From assembly GCA_051294375.1 (NCBI GenBank), contig CM119265.1, forward strand, positions 11,905,818-11,969,817: a stretch of 64,000 bases of DNA. Reading direction: 5' to 3'. The position numbers and the translations under genes are program-made. Below are positions 1-11,009 of this stretch, piece after piece. This DNA comes from Paraspadella gotoi. Lineage: Eukaryota > Animalia > Chaetognatha. Positions within the stretch are counted from its first letter, which is position 1, and every line of letters begins with the position of its first letter. The notes below the pieces were generated by a model. That model saw only the letters and a program-made list of their open reading frames with translations, was not told the DNA's origin and searched no databases.

Positions 1-734
1 GTTAAAGCTTATACAATGTAATTGTTATGCACTTAAAACGATAAAAAATATTAACAGTAGCATTAGCCATAGCCGATAAAATTTAAATACTAATGTATAC
101 AGCGTTTAAAATAATCTATTATGACCATAGGTTATGGTATTAAAATATTTTTTTTCAAAAATGCTTTCTTCCGAGGGTATTAGCCTAATTAAAAATATTA
201 TATTAATATATAGAGCAAAACATTTTTTTTTTAATCTTAAAATTTTTTGATGGATTCTGATAGAGCATAGATAATTACAGCTTTTAAAAATTCTTACGTT
301 TTCTAAGTGAAAATATAAAAAAGTGATAAAATCATCGAAAGATGATGATGATGATGATTTTTTTACGGTTTTTCTTATTTTTGACATTATCGTAAAAATA
401 TTTAAAAAAGAATTATACATTGTGTAGACAACTTTTTATGAGCTATCTGAATCTGGTCTTAAAATTTTCTATATATAAATAAATATTAAAAAATTAATTA
501 TTAGGGTAGAGAGCCATATTAAAATTTTTTTGTCCATTGAAAGTATTCTTAAAAATGTCTAAATATTCGTTTGAGCATGTACTCGCTCTAAATTTTTGAC
601 TCACCCCATTGAGTGTGGCTACCCCTAGTAGCATCCGTTTAGAATTTCTGAGACGGCAAGCTCTGTAACTCTAGTAGAAATGATAATTTGAAAGCGAGTT
701 TTTGTCTTGTTATCCAGTACTCATACGACTACTC

Positions 735-870
735 CCCTTTTGGTAAGCCATTGCTCTACGACCACTTTTGGGACATAGCAGTTTATTGTAAAAATTTACT
801 TTAAGTGGGATTCGAATCCTGCCATTCCATTCCGCGTCAAAGTCTTAGCTTTTAACCGCTCGGCCATCTC
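735..870 (-). mobile_element. tRNA-derived SINE
   Basis: On -: GAGATGGCCGAGCGGTTAA (A box) .. GATTCGAATCC (B box), then a core ATGTCCCAAAAGTGGTCGTAGAGCAATGGCTTACC shared with 1540-1670. Confidence 0.65.
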
Positions 871-1539
871 GTTATTTAAAAAAAAATTCTTCAAAAACCC
901 TAATATAAATTTTTTTTTTTTTATGCCAACCAAAAATTTTCTCTTTTTGAAACAATTTCATTCTTTCATTCTCTCAATCATTAGCCTATTTATTAATATT
1001 GATACAATAGGTGATAATGTATAAAAACAGTTTCAGTTGTTTCACAATAAACAACAGGTTAAAAACACTTAATAAATCAGGAAACTTGGGACTCGGATGT
1101 CAAAATCTCTGCCGTCGGATGTTGAGCCGTCCTGAGTCCTGACCCTACGGCGAAGCCCACGTTGGCCACTGTGAACGCCAATACAATGATATTTCATATA
1201 ACCTATTCAGAGATAACGATTTCAAACAGACATTTTTTTTATGGCTGCATACACTGCGCTATGCTAACTTTCATCGTGTCTTACATAGAGATCGTTCATA
1301 TCAAATTTCAATAAATTTGGTCTAGTAGTTTTTTAGGAACGAGTTCTGGTAACAAAAAAAGGGTCCCTAATTTTATAATTTGAAGCCTTCTGGATTTATC
1401 TCAAGACCAGCAAGATAACCAGAAGACGATTTGACTGAACGCATGTTAACATTAATGAATTTTTGTTTCCCCAAAAAAATTAAAAGCGAACCTACAGCTT
1501 TATATAATTTAATCTGAACGAAATATTTTTAAAAATCAT

Positions 1540-1672
1540 TTGGCCGAGTGCTTAGCACGCCGGATTTCAACGTTAGGAAGAGGTTTCAGGTTCAAATCTG
1601 GCTGAAGTTTCCTTTTACCCTTAAGTTCTGATGTCCCAAAATTGGTCGTAGAGCAATGGCTTACCGAAGGTA
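1540..1672 (+). mobile_element. tRNA-derived SINE with the same core and a different head
   Basis: TGGCCGAGTGCTTAG .. GGTTCAAATC, then ATGTCCCAAAATTGGTCGTAGAGCAATGGCTTACC. Confidence 0.6.
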
Positions 1673-1961
1673 AGTAAGGAAAAATTTAGTAAAGTAAAAA
1701 AATCTTTAAATATGCAAATGAATTTATGCTTATTTTAATTTAAATTTTTGAGACTACCAGCAGATAAAGTATGCTTTGTCTATTTTATGGTTAAAAAATC
1801 AATCCAGTTCTCTTGCATATTTTAGGTATAAATGACAATTGAATTTTGTTATTAAAATGACCGAAACTTGTATATGTTGTAGAGCAACCAAAGGCCCATC
1901 TAAGACTGTGAAGAGAACAGTAATTATTGATAAGTGTTAGTGACAAAACCGTTCAATATAA

Positions 1962-2035
1962 GCAGTCCCTGAGCTTCGGATCAGGCTGTAACACCATGTT
2001 ACAGGCGGGTTAAGCGCCCCGTCCCTCTTAACTGC
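1962..2035 (-). ncRNA. Putative type-P5 twister ribozyme in family A LTR (homologous copies in the other three A LTRs)
   Basis: GCAGTT-AA-GAGG-GA-CGG-GGCGCT-TAA-CCC-GC-CTGTAAC-ATGGT-GTTACAG-CCTGA-TCCGAAGC-TCAGG-GACTGC: conserved UAA, GC, GA and L4 AAGC; P3, P4, P5 pair; T1 CCG/CGG. Predicted cut between 2012 and 2011. P1 is minimal and P2 bulged. Confidence 0.72.
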
Positions 2036-2038
2036 CAG

Positions 2039-2110
2039 ACGACCACCGGGCTAGAACCCCGGACCTTTGGGTTGGGAGGCGAGTGACTTGCCTCTGGCAC
2101 CAATGGCCGC
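2039..2110 (-). ncRNA. tRNA-derived (Gly-CCC-like) head inside family A LTR; not a functional tRNA gene
   Basis: Acceptor GCGGCCA/TGGTCGT (perfect TGGCCGC in the 45-kb copy), T arm CCGGG-GTTCTAG-CCCGG, loop CTCCCAA; D and anticodon stems decayed. Confidence 0.7.
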
Positions 2111-3200
2111 AGATGAACGGTTGGTGGGTTTTAGTCCACCATACATCCCCCCCTCCCGTAGGAAGATGTCTGTTGCGTCTCTTCAGTGAATTGTTGTTGT
2201 TGGTGGAAAGTGCGTCACCAAGTTGAGGCATGTCGCCTGATGTGTTGTGGGCGGAAAGTGCATCGCCAGGTTGAGGCATGTCGCCTGAAAGTGTTGTTGT
2301 TGCTGTTGTGTTCGGAAGTCGGGCTCACCAATGAAGAGACAGTAATTATTGATAAGTGTTAGTGACAGAACCGTTCAATATAAGCAGTCCCTGAGCTTCG
2401 GATCAGGCTGTAACACCATGTTACAGCGCGGTTAAGCGCCCCGTCCCTCTTAACTGCCAGACGACCACCGGGCTAGAACCCCGGACCTTTGGGTTGGGAG
2501 GCGAATGACTTGCCTCCGGCACCAATGGCCGCTGATGAACGGTTGGTGGGTTTTAGTCCACCATAACTGTAATATAAAAGCATAATATTCATTAATATAA
2601 TAGTTATGACTGATTAAAAAAATGACCCATCTAAACTATTTCTTTTAGTAAAACTGTTCAAATTTTATTCATATTCTAACAACATCTTACAAACCCTTTT
2701 GAGTATGTATATATAAAATTTTTAAAATGTACTACATAAAATGACAAAGTTATGCAACTTTTAAAATTTTTTTTTTTTGGGCTTATTTTTAAGTGGTTTA
2801 GAATTGTCCGATTTAAATTTTAACCATATGGGCAATAGACATACGTTGAAAATATTTTATGTTAAAATATCAGCTCATTGGACGTAAAAATAAAAGAATT
2901 ATTTCATCTCTAGAAAAAGGACACTAGTCTCTACGCTTCGGGTACTATAACAAAAATAAAAAATATTTAAAAAAATTATGATATCTGAATTCCCGAAACG
3001 TTATCCTCTTCCGTTCCCATAGGCCTCCAGAGGGCATTGATCTCCAGGAATGCCCGCTTTTCTATAAGCGCGGGATATTTTTGACAACATTTGATTTAAA
3101 TACCTTTTTTGTTTGTTTTTGGGTTAATTTTACTTTCTTTTTCTCATCACGTTAGTAAATAAATGCGGGTTTTAACCGACAGACAGGCCAAATCGGACTC

Positions 3201-3985
3201 ATGAGCTCGTCCGGTAGTTCCTCCGTGGAGCTGATGCTGAAGGATGCCGAGAAACTCGTCTCGAGGTTAAAGGAGCATGAGAAAGCGGCGGATTTGCTAG
3301 TGGGTCAGGCGGACGGGCTTCAGCGAACGATCAGAGCCAAGACCGCCTACATGAAGGTCTGAAACGCGGAGTATTGAGCTATTTGAGGAACAATTATAAT
3401 TCTGGTTGTTTTTTTTCGTGCAGGAAATCACGGCCCTCAACGAGATCGCCCGCCATCGCCCCCGTTCGGAACTCGTGCTCGAGATCCAAATGGAGAATCA
3501 GCAGATCCGGCGGCTGCAGGCGGAAAAACCGGGATCTTCGAATGCTCATCGACGAGCACCAGTCCGCCCTTGACGTCATCATGACCAAGTATCGGGAACA
3601 GACGGCGATCGTGACAGCGGCGAAGCGGACAGGCGGAAACGGGAACCGTCGAAGCGCCTTCGCCCATGCTCGGGCCCTCCAACGGAAGCGGGAAAAGGTT
3701 AACGAGTTGACGGCGGTCATGAGACGCGCGACCGAGGTGGACGATGGCGCCGACGACAAAGGCCGCGCCGTCATCGAGCGGTTGGAGCGGGAGAATCTAA
3801 GATTGCGAGAGCTCCTCATGATTTGCGACAACGTGTGCGACGACGGCGGAGGCTGCGGCACCGAGATTGTCACCGCTTCCTTCGCCGGCGACGAAATGAT
3901 GGCGTCTCGAGCGGCCAGTGTCGACGACGGAGTTTTGCCGACAAAAAACGGAGGAGACAATGAAAAAACAATGACGGACGATTAA
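3201..3985 (+). CDS. FGFR1OP2: FGFR1OP2/SIKE family coiled-coil protein; exons 3201-3356 and 3424-3985; apparent +1 frameshift in an A5 run at 3524-3528
   Basis: ATG at 3201 gives MSSSGSSSVELMLKDAEKLVSRLKEHEKAADLL. GT..AG intron 3357-3423. Exon 2 reads EITALNEIARHRPRSELVLEIQMENQQIRRLQAE, then after removing one A, NRDLRMLIDEHQSALDVIMTKYREQ, matching the family motif ENRELR..LEEHQSALELIMSKYREQ. Confidence 0.85.
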
Positions 3986-4575
3986 TATTATTTATTATCT
4001 AATGTATTCGCTTGTTTTTTTTTTCATGTACATCCGATTCCATCTCAAACTGAAATTCGCTCCCCATTTAAACTGTAGTAAAAAATATTCTTTATTTTCT
4101 GCGAGAACGCAGATCTGACCCGCTCATCGAATTTTCTTTCATCTCCGTCGCGTTGCGAGTAGTGTGGGGATTGAGGGGAGTGGAAAAAACGAGCGTGAGC
4201 GGATTGGGCGATTTAGCTTAATCCGAAATTCCCAATCTTACCTCAGAAAAGGTAGTTTATCGTTGCAATCCCCGCTNNNNNNNNNNNNNNNNNNNNNNNN
4301 NTGGAAGGCCGGTTTCGTTCGTCGTCGAGTTCACCATGTGTCAAAGTTCGTACTAATACTTACGTTTTTTTCTTTTTTTTTAGTTTATACAATACATCGT
4401 TTAAGGGTGTAATTATAAATTCCGCTGAGTTCTTTCAGCGAGTGGATAACGGCCAGGTAAACAGTATATCTCGATGGCGCTGTAACTAGTTAATGTGGTT
4501 ATTAATTACAGATTCTAATTTACAGAGCGCTGTATACATTCTTCTACGAAGACGTTATCAGAAAGGCCCTACAAG

Positions 4576-7500
4576 ATGCCGATTCAATCGCCACAGTGGA
4601 CGGACTTCTTATCGTGTCCGATATGTTTCAACGAATTCAATAATGCTGTTAGGAGACCGATTTCGTTAGGATGCGGTCATACAGCATGTAAACAATGCCT
4701 TCTGAAACTTCACCAGAAAAAATGCCCGTTCGATCAAACTCCCATTAATACGGAGCTAGACAATCTTCCCATCAATTTCGCTCTACTTCAATTGGTCGCT
4801 CCTTCAACGCCGTCTTCGAAGCACGAAGACTCCCCTCCTTCTTCGCCAAAGATTACGATGGAGCACAAACCCCTTTACCTTGCCGCAAACAGATGCATAG
4901 AAGAAATGGCGTTGTACTTAAAGCCACTTTCTGTCACCGGTAGCGGCGGGGGATCTAGTTTGTTATCCAGGCCAATGCAAAGGAAACTGGTGACTCTCAT
5001 CAACTGTCAGTTGGTCGAAGAAGAAGGAAGATCACGGGCCATGAGAGCGGCACGGTCTTTAGGGGAAAGAACGGTTACGGAATTGATTTTGCAGCATCAA
5101 AACCCTCAGCAGTTGAGCGCCAATCTGTGGGCTGCAGTGCGTGCGAGAGGATGTCAATTTCTTGGACCGGCTATGCAGGAAGAAGTATTAAAATTGATTC
5201 TCCTTGCTTTAGAGGATGGATCCGCTTTATCTAGAAAAGTTTTGGTTCTTTTTGTTGTGCAAAGGCTCGAACCTCATTATCCTCAAGCTTCTAAAACGTC
5301 TATAGGTCACGTAGTTCAACTGCTCTATCGAGCTTCTTGTTTTAAAGTTCAAAAACGTGAAGAAGATTCATCCCTAATGCAACTAAAGGAAGAATTTCGA
5401 ACGTATGATGCTTTGCGACGAGAGCATGACGCACAGATCGTTCAAATAGCAATGGAAGCTGGTCTAAGAATTGCTCCAGATCAATGGTCATCTTTACTCT
5501 ATGGCGATACGGCACACAAAAGTCACATGCAGTCAATAATTGATAAACTGCAAACGCCTCAGTCTTTTGCGCAGAGTGTAAATGAGCTTGTAATTGCTTT
5601 ACAGAGAACCGGAGATCCAGGAAATCTTTCTAGATTGCGACCACACTTTGATTTGCTTGCGAACGTTGATCCTAGCCCGGATTCTGGCACTCCCTCTTGG
5701 CGAGAAATAGAATACGCAATGGCGGCCGTTAAGACAGTTGTGGAGGGTCTTGTAGAATTTGTCCAGAGCCATAGTTCAAAAAGAGGGATGGTTGTTGGAT
5801 CATCTCCTCTTGCAACAAATACAACACAGCTTCCTTCTCCTTCTGGTTTTAGCGGATTAGGTGGGTTTACCACGTCTGGGGCGGATTACCCTACTAGGAA
5901 TATTATTCCAAATAGATATAAAACTAGCTTATGTCGGGACTGGGCGCAAAGAGGGTCGTGTCCAAGAGGCATGTGTTGTACTTTTGCTCATTCTGTTGAT
6001 GAACTTCAGAGGAATAAAAGATACAATTCGTCTCAGAATAACGCTTCAAACTTAGCGAGTTCCGCAGCGATAGGCGCCGCTGCTGCTGCAGCAGCCTCAA
6101 GAGCAGCTTATTCTGCTGCAGCAGCTGCATCAGTTGCTGCTAATTTGGAAAATCCTTCTGCTAAGAACCTAACGCATTACAATTCCAGACAAGGACCGCC
6201 TAAGCAATTTTCGTCACGAGTTCCAGGCAATCACCGTTTTCCAAATTTATCTTCAGACTTTAATTCTGCTCAACCTCCATTGCCTCGTCAAAACACGGGC
6301 TGGAATATAGACGTTTTTGGAGGCCACCTTGGTTTTCCTTCATGCCAAGGTTATACAACCAAGTATCCGACAAATCTACCAAGCTCAAGTTTTTCCAACA
6401 CTAAACAGGTTACCCCTAATTTACTTACACAAGATATTATGGGTTTAACAAACCAAGCCTCTTTGCCACCATGCACGCAAAGCAACTATCCCGCAGTCAC
6501 AGTGCAACAAGCAGCAGCTGTCGCCGCTCAACATCTGGATGCCGCGGATGCTTATTTCAGCCAAATTCAGAAAATACAGCAACAAGGCCAATTACCTCAA
6601 AAAGATCCGGTTAATGAAAAAATTAGATCTGCTGAACAGCAAACTGTTGCGGCCGCTGCGGCAGCAGCGGCCGCTGCGGCAGCAATCCAACAGACAAAAT
6701 CCGATCAAAAGATAGATTTAACCGGAGTCCCACCTTCTCCTAATCATATTCCTCAAGTTGCAGCAGCGGCCGCTGCCGCAGCAGCGGCTGGCCTTCCTCA
6801 AATTGACTATGCTCATTCTCCAATGTTTCATAATGTCATACCAGGAAAAGATCTTTCTCAAAATATACGACAAGTGAATTCAAAATCTTTAATATCAGGC
6901 TGGGAGCAGTTTGATTCGTTGCAATCTCTTCATCTTCGTAGGGATGCACTTATGGCGAAATTACAACAAATGCATCAATATCAACAGGATTATGCTATAA
7001 CACAGCAGGCTTCTGCTGCAGCAGCGGCTGCTGTAGAGCAGTTAAAACCATCTATTCATCAAAACTCTACTCAACCATATATGGTTGCCGCCAATGCGGC
7101 TTTAGCAGCCGCCGCAGCAACTGGGAATCAAACTTCTCAATTTCGTCAAAATCATGGGCAAAATGTTGAAGCAGTGGCAGCGCAAGTTGCGGAAGCCGCT
7201 AGCGCTGCCACTTTACAAGTAATGCAACAGCCAGACCCTAATCAAATCAAACAATTGCAACAGCACATCGTCGATCAGTTAGCTTCTGATCCTGGAGATT
7301 TAATTCCATTTGACTCGATCCCATCAATCTCGAAATATGGACCAATAACCAGAGCAACTAAACCTTTAGAAAGAGTCGTCCCATCTCCTTTAGCATTTGA
7401 AACGATGTCGCACCAAGGTTCGCCAGTTACCGGAGCTGCAACCGTGGCAAACGCTGCCGCTGCCGCTGCATTTGCTGCTCAATTAAGTTTATGCAAGGAT

Positions 7501-8301
7501 ACAAGCCAACTAGGATCTGGAAGAGTAAAGAGGCTTGCTGATAATCAAGAAGAAGCAAGAGTTCAAGAGATAAACAAAATCGATGAAGAAATTCACAAAC
7601 TTGACCGTCGAATCAACCGCGTTTATGAAGAGGAAATCTTGAAGCAAAAGCTAGCAGATGTAGAGGCACAAATAAAGCAGCTCGAATTAGGTCATTCCCG
7701 TAATTCATATACTCCAGTTGGCATATCCCAAAGCACTAGCGTAGATTCTTTGTCTATGCCTAATGCAACCATGAATTACGATTTGTCGAATGTTCTAAAT
7801 CAACTTGGTGACATGCCTGCTCGGCAGCCACAACCTTTACTAGGGGACATCGCAAATGAGTTTTCCATCGCGAGGCAAATGATAGAAATGCAACAAGCCA
7901 GTGGATTAAACCGACAGTTGCTTGATATGCAAAATATCGATCAGCAGATGCTTGCCACTGTTTTAAGAAGGTATCAGCAAGAAGCCGCTGAAGGATCACA
8001 ATCCCCCTATCCCTCAGTTAATTCTCAACTTGGGTCGAATTCTGAAATCGAGCAGATGGCCCGATTGCGATCCCCCTCAGCATCATCCGAATCTTGCATC
8101 ATGCCAGGAACTGGACAACAAACACGAGACAGTGGCCAAAACGAGACAAATCTCGATCATCTCTCCGAATCAGAACGTCATCAATGGCAACGTCTTCAGC
8201 GTCAGTTTAATCGACCATCTGATAGTTTAGAACGAGATGAGACCAGCAGTGACCAAGGCATAGTGAACGATTTCACTCAGCCTTATGGCTCAGACAATTA
8301 A
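4576..8301 (+). CDS. RC3H1: Roquin (RING - ROQ - CCCH zinc finger), 1241 aa, no CDS introns
   Basis: [21 protein letters not shown] start; ROQ domain ([41 protein letters not shown]); CCCH finger [26 protein letters not shown]; C-terminal IPF..SKYGPI motif and coiled coil. Likely 5' UTR introns at about 4252-4384 and 4457-4525. Confidence 0.97.
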   Translation: MPIQSPQWTDFLSCPICFNEFNNAVRRPISLGCGHTACKQCLLKLHQKKCPFDQTPINTELDNLPINFALLQLVAPSTPSSKHEDSPPSSPKITMEHKPLYLAANRCIEEMALYLKPLSVTGSGGGSSLLSRPMQRKLVTLINCQLVEEEGRSRAMRAARSLGERTVTELILQHQNPQQLSANLWAAVRARGCQFLGPAMQEEVLKLILLALEDGSALSRKVLVLFVVQRLEPHYPQASKTSIGHVVQLLYRASCFKVQKREEDSSLMQLKEEFRTYDALRREHDAQIVQIAMEAGLRIAPDQWSSLLYGDTAHKSHMQSIIDKLQTPQSFAQSVNELVIALQRTGDPGNLSRLRPHFDLLANVDPSPDSGTPSWREIEYAMAAVKTVVEGLVEFVQSHSSKRGMVVGSSPLATNTTQLPSPSGFSGLGGFTTSGADYPTRNIIPNRYKTSLCRDWAQRGSCPRGMCCTFAHSVDELQRNKRYNSSQNNASNLASSAAIGAAAAAAASRAAYSAAAAASVAANLENPSAKNLTHYNSRQGPPKQFSSRVPGNHRFPNLSSDFNSAQPPLPRQNTGWNIDVFGGHLGFPSCQGYTTKYPTNLPSSSFSNTKQVTPNLLTQDIMGLTNQASLPPCTQSNYPAVTVQQAAAVAAQHLDAADAYFSQIQKIQQQGQLPQKDPVNEKIRSAEQQTVAAAAAAAAAAAAIQQTKSDQKIDLTGVPPSPNHIPQVAAAAAAAAAAGLPQIDYAHSPMFHNVIPGKDLSQNIRQVNSKSLISGWEQFDSLQSLHLRRDALMAKLQQMHQYQQDYAITQQASAAAAAAVEQLKPSIHQNSTQPYMVAANAALAAAAATGNQTSQFRQNHGQNVEAVAAQVAEAASAATLQVMQQPDPNQIKQLQQHIVDQLASDPGDLIPFDSIPSISKYGPITRATKPLERVVPSPLAFETMSHQGSPVTGAATVANAAAAAAFAAQLSLCKDTSQLGSGRVKRLADNQEEARVQEINKIDEEIHKLDRRINRVYEEEILKQKLADVEAQIKQLELGHSRNSYTPVGISQSTSVDSLSMPNATMNYDLSNVLNQLGDMPARQPQPLLGDIANEFSIARQMIEMQQASGLNRQLLDMQNIDQQMLATVLRRYQQEAAEGSQSPYPSVNSQLGSNSEIEQMARLRSPSASSESCIMPGTGQQTRDSGQNETNLDHLSESERHQWQRLQRQFNRPSDSLERDETSSDQGIVNDFTQPYGSDN

Positions 8302-8518
8302 TTATCACGCTTCATCAAGAATTAATTGAGCATTGGCTTTCCAAACGTTCGTTTACAATATACATTTTATAAAATGTTATTAAGTTACTAAATGTTTTAA
8401 ATATTGAAATTTTTTATCAAGGATTTGTTAGCTTTTTGATAAAATTAGTGATAATTAAAGAATAATAGTAGATGTAGGTATTACGTTGATTTCTTTTATT
8501 TCTTATACTTGTAGTTAT

Positions 8519-8752
8519 TGAAGAGACAGTAATTATTGTTATGTGTTAGTGACAGAACCGTTCAATATAAGCAGTCCCTGAGCTTCGGATCAGGCTGTAA
8601 CACCATGTTACAGGCGGGTTAAGCGCCCCGTCCCTCTTAACTGCCAGACGACCACCGGGCTAAAACCCCGGACCATTGGGTTGGGAGGCGAGTGACTTGC
8701 CTCCGGCACCAATGGCCGCTGATGAACGGTTGGTGGATTTTTGTCCACCATA
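8519..8752 (-). mobile_element. Solo LTR, family A (tRNA head + twister)
   Basis: 234-bp copy of the LTR at 2332-2565; TSD TTAT at 8515-8518 and 8753-8756. Confidence 0.92.
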
Positions 8753-8909
8753 TTATCAAGTTTTTTTCTTATAAATATTCAAGAGATATATGTACATTGT
8801 ACAACATGTTAGTTAGCATCAAATAATTTTTTTAAACAAACTTTCGTTAATTATTTATTTAAAAACAGGATAGGCCTGGGGCATATAATATATTTTGTCG
8901 ATCATATAT

Positions 8910-10822
8910 CAACAAGTTTGAGCAAACAATGTCGGATCTGCCTACGATAATTAAGTGGTAATAAGCGAACTTGATCAACTGACATAATTTGGTCAACTGA
9001 CATAATTTGGTCAACTGACATAATTTGGTCAACTGACATAATTTGGTCAACTGACATAATTTGGTCAACTGACATATAATTTGGTCACTATATGGTCACT
9101 GACATAATTTGGTCAACTGACATAATTGGTCAACTGACATAATTTGGTCAACTGACATAATTTGGTCAACTGACATAATTTGGTCAACTGACATAATTTG
9201 GTCAACTGACATAATTTGGTCAACTGACATAATTTGGTCAACTGACATAATTTGGTCAACTGACATATTGGTCAAGTGAATATTTGGTCAACTGACATAA
9301 TTTGGTCAACTGACAATTTGGTCAACTGACATAATTTGGTCAACTGACATAATTTGGTCAACTGACATAATTTGGTCAACTGACATAATTTGGTTCAACT
9401 GACATAATTTGGTCAACTGACATAATTTGGTCAACTGACATAATTTGGTCAACTGACATATTTGGTCAACTGACATAATTTGGTCAACTGACATAATTTG
9501 TCACTGACATAATTGTCAACTGACATAATTTGGTCAACTGACATAATTTGGTCAACTGACATAATTGGTCAACTGACATAATTTGGTCAACTGACATAAT
9601 TTGGTCAACTGACATAATTTGGTCAACTGACATAATTTGGTCAACTGACATAATTTGGTCAACTGACATAATTTGGTCAACTGACATAAATTTGGTCAAC
9701 TGACATAATTGGTCAACTGACATAATTTGGTCAACTGACATAATTTGGTCAACTGACATAATTTGGTCAAACTGACATAATTGGTCAACTGACATAATTT
9801 GGCATCAATTAACATAATTTGATCAATTAACATAATTTGATCAATTAACATAATTTGATCAATTAACATAATTTTTGTTGATCAATTAACATAATTTGAT
9901 CAAACCGGCATAATTTGGTCAACAGGCATAATTTGGTTACCTGGCATAATTTGGTCAATCAATCAATCAGAGAGAGACAGAGAGAGAGAGAAACTTAAAA
10001 AATTCAAATAAATGTGTCTTTTGGTTTTTTAATTTGAACTCTTTTCCACTCCTACGATTCCATCAAAAAATTTATATCCAGCTTTATCACATACTTTCCT
10101 ACCCACACACAAAATTTCATTTCAATTTATCTATCAAATTTTTAATAAACATAATAATTATGAGTAAATTTATGTAAAAATACTTCAAGTAAATATGACT
10201 TTTGTTTTTTCCATTTTAACTCATTTCCACTCGAACGATTCCATCGAAACTTTATATCCAGCTCAATCACACACTTTCCTACCATCATACAAAATTTTAA
10301 GTCAATTGCCCTATCCACTCATGAGCAATTGGCGTTCAAATAGTGAAATAGATTTTTTTGTTTTTTTTCCATTTAAACCAATTTCCACTCGAACGATTCC
10401 ATCGAAACTTTATATCCAGCTCAATCACACACTTTCCTACCATCATACAAATTTTAAGTCAATTGCCCTATCCACTCATGAGCAATTGGCGTTCAAATAG
10501 TGAAATAGATTTTTTTGTTTTTTCCATTTAAACCAATTTCCACTCGCACGATTCCATCGAAACTTCATATCCATCTCAATCACACAGTTTTCTACCCACA
10601 CACAAAATTTCTTACCAATCCATCCATCCAATCACGAGTAATTGGAGTTTTTTGCTAAGGGGGGCGGACGGACGGACATAATTTTTTTTGCATAATTTAT
10701 CATAATTCGAGGTTCTGATATGATAATAATGATTTAACGACAATATTTTGGGGTGGGACCGACGGACCGACAAAGTGAATTATAGAGTCGGAATCTGCTG
10801 ATAAGCAGATCCGACTAAAAAT
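8910..10822 (-). mobile_element. Non-autonomous Helentron / DINE-1-like element (HINE) with central tandem arrays
   Basis: 5' palindrome GTCGGATCTGC-TTATCA-GCAGATTCCGAC, GTCC microsatellite, subterminal GCAGATCCGAC and terminal CTTGTT on -; homologous to 17270-18374. Confidence 0.72.
8975..9960. repeat. 18-bp minisatellite (TTGGTCAACTGACATAAT)n, about 50 copies, inside the HINE
   Basis: Directly visible; drifts to TTGATCAATTAACATAAT at the right edge. A ~142-bp tandem repeat follows at ~10205-10640. Confidence 0.97.
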
Positions 10823-11009
10823 ATCTTGGTCACTAATATTTTTTTAAACTATTTTTTAATCCTTATTTTTCAAGTTGGAGACCAATTCAGTAATAAACTA
10901 TAGCTTTAAAAGAATCTGAGAAAAAATTTTTTTCCTCAAGTATTATTTGGTTGTATTTTCAAAATGACAATTGTTTTTGAACGAATTATTATTATTATTA
11001 TTATTATAT

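Larger units (their letters stand above)
1909..2565 (-). mobile_element. TRIM / LTR retrozyme family A, complete: 5' LTR 2565-2332, PBS 2330-2318, 188-bp interior, PPT ~2158-2147, 3' LTR 2143-1909
   Basis: Two near-identical 234-235-bp direct repeats (TATGGT..TCTTCA on -); TSD ACTG at 1905-1908 and 2566-2569; TGGTGAGCCCGAC one base after the 5' LTR; GGGAGGGGGGG before the 3' LTR. Confidence 0.92.

Noticed and set aside
2039-2110. Functional tRNA-Gly gene, or a plain SINE
   Set aside because: D and anticodon stems do not pair; the unit has LTR termini, 4-bp TSDs, PBS and PPT rather than a poly(A) tail.
2532-2545. CTGATGA in family A LTRs as a hammerhead core
   Set aside because: No stem II followed by GAAA; it lies on the strand opposite the tRNA head, PBS and twister.
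3394-3960. 188-aa antisense ORF (likewise 25503-26078)
   Set aside because: Shadows of GC-rich coding exons on the other strand; no recognisable motifs.
8975-9960. CRISPR-like array, and ORFs reading MSVDQI/TKLCQL
   Set aside because: Head-to-tail 18-bp repeats with no unique spacers, inside a eukaryotic transposon; the ORFs are just translations of the repeat.
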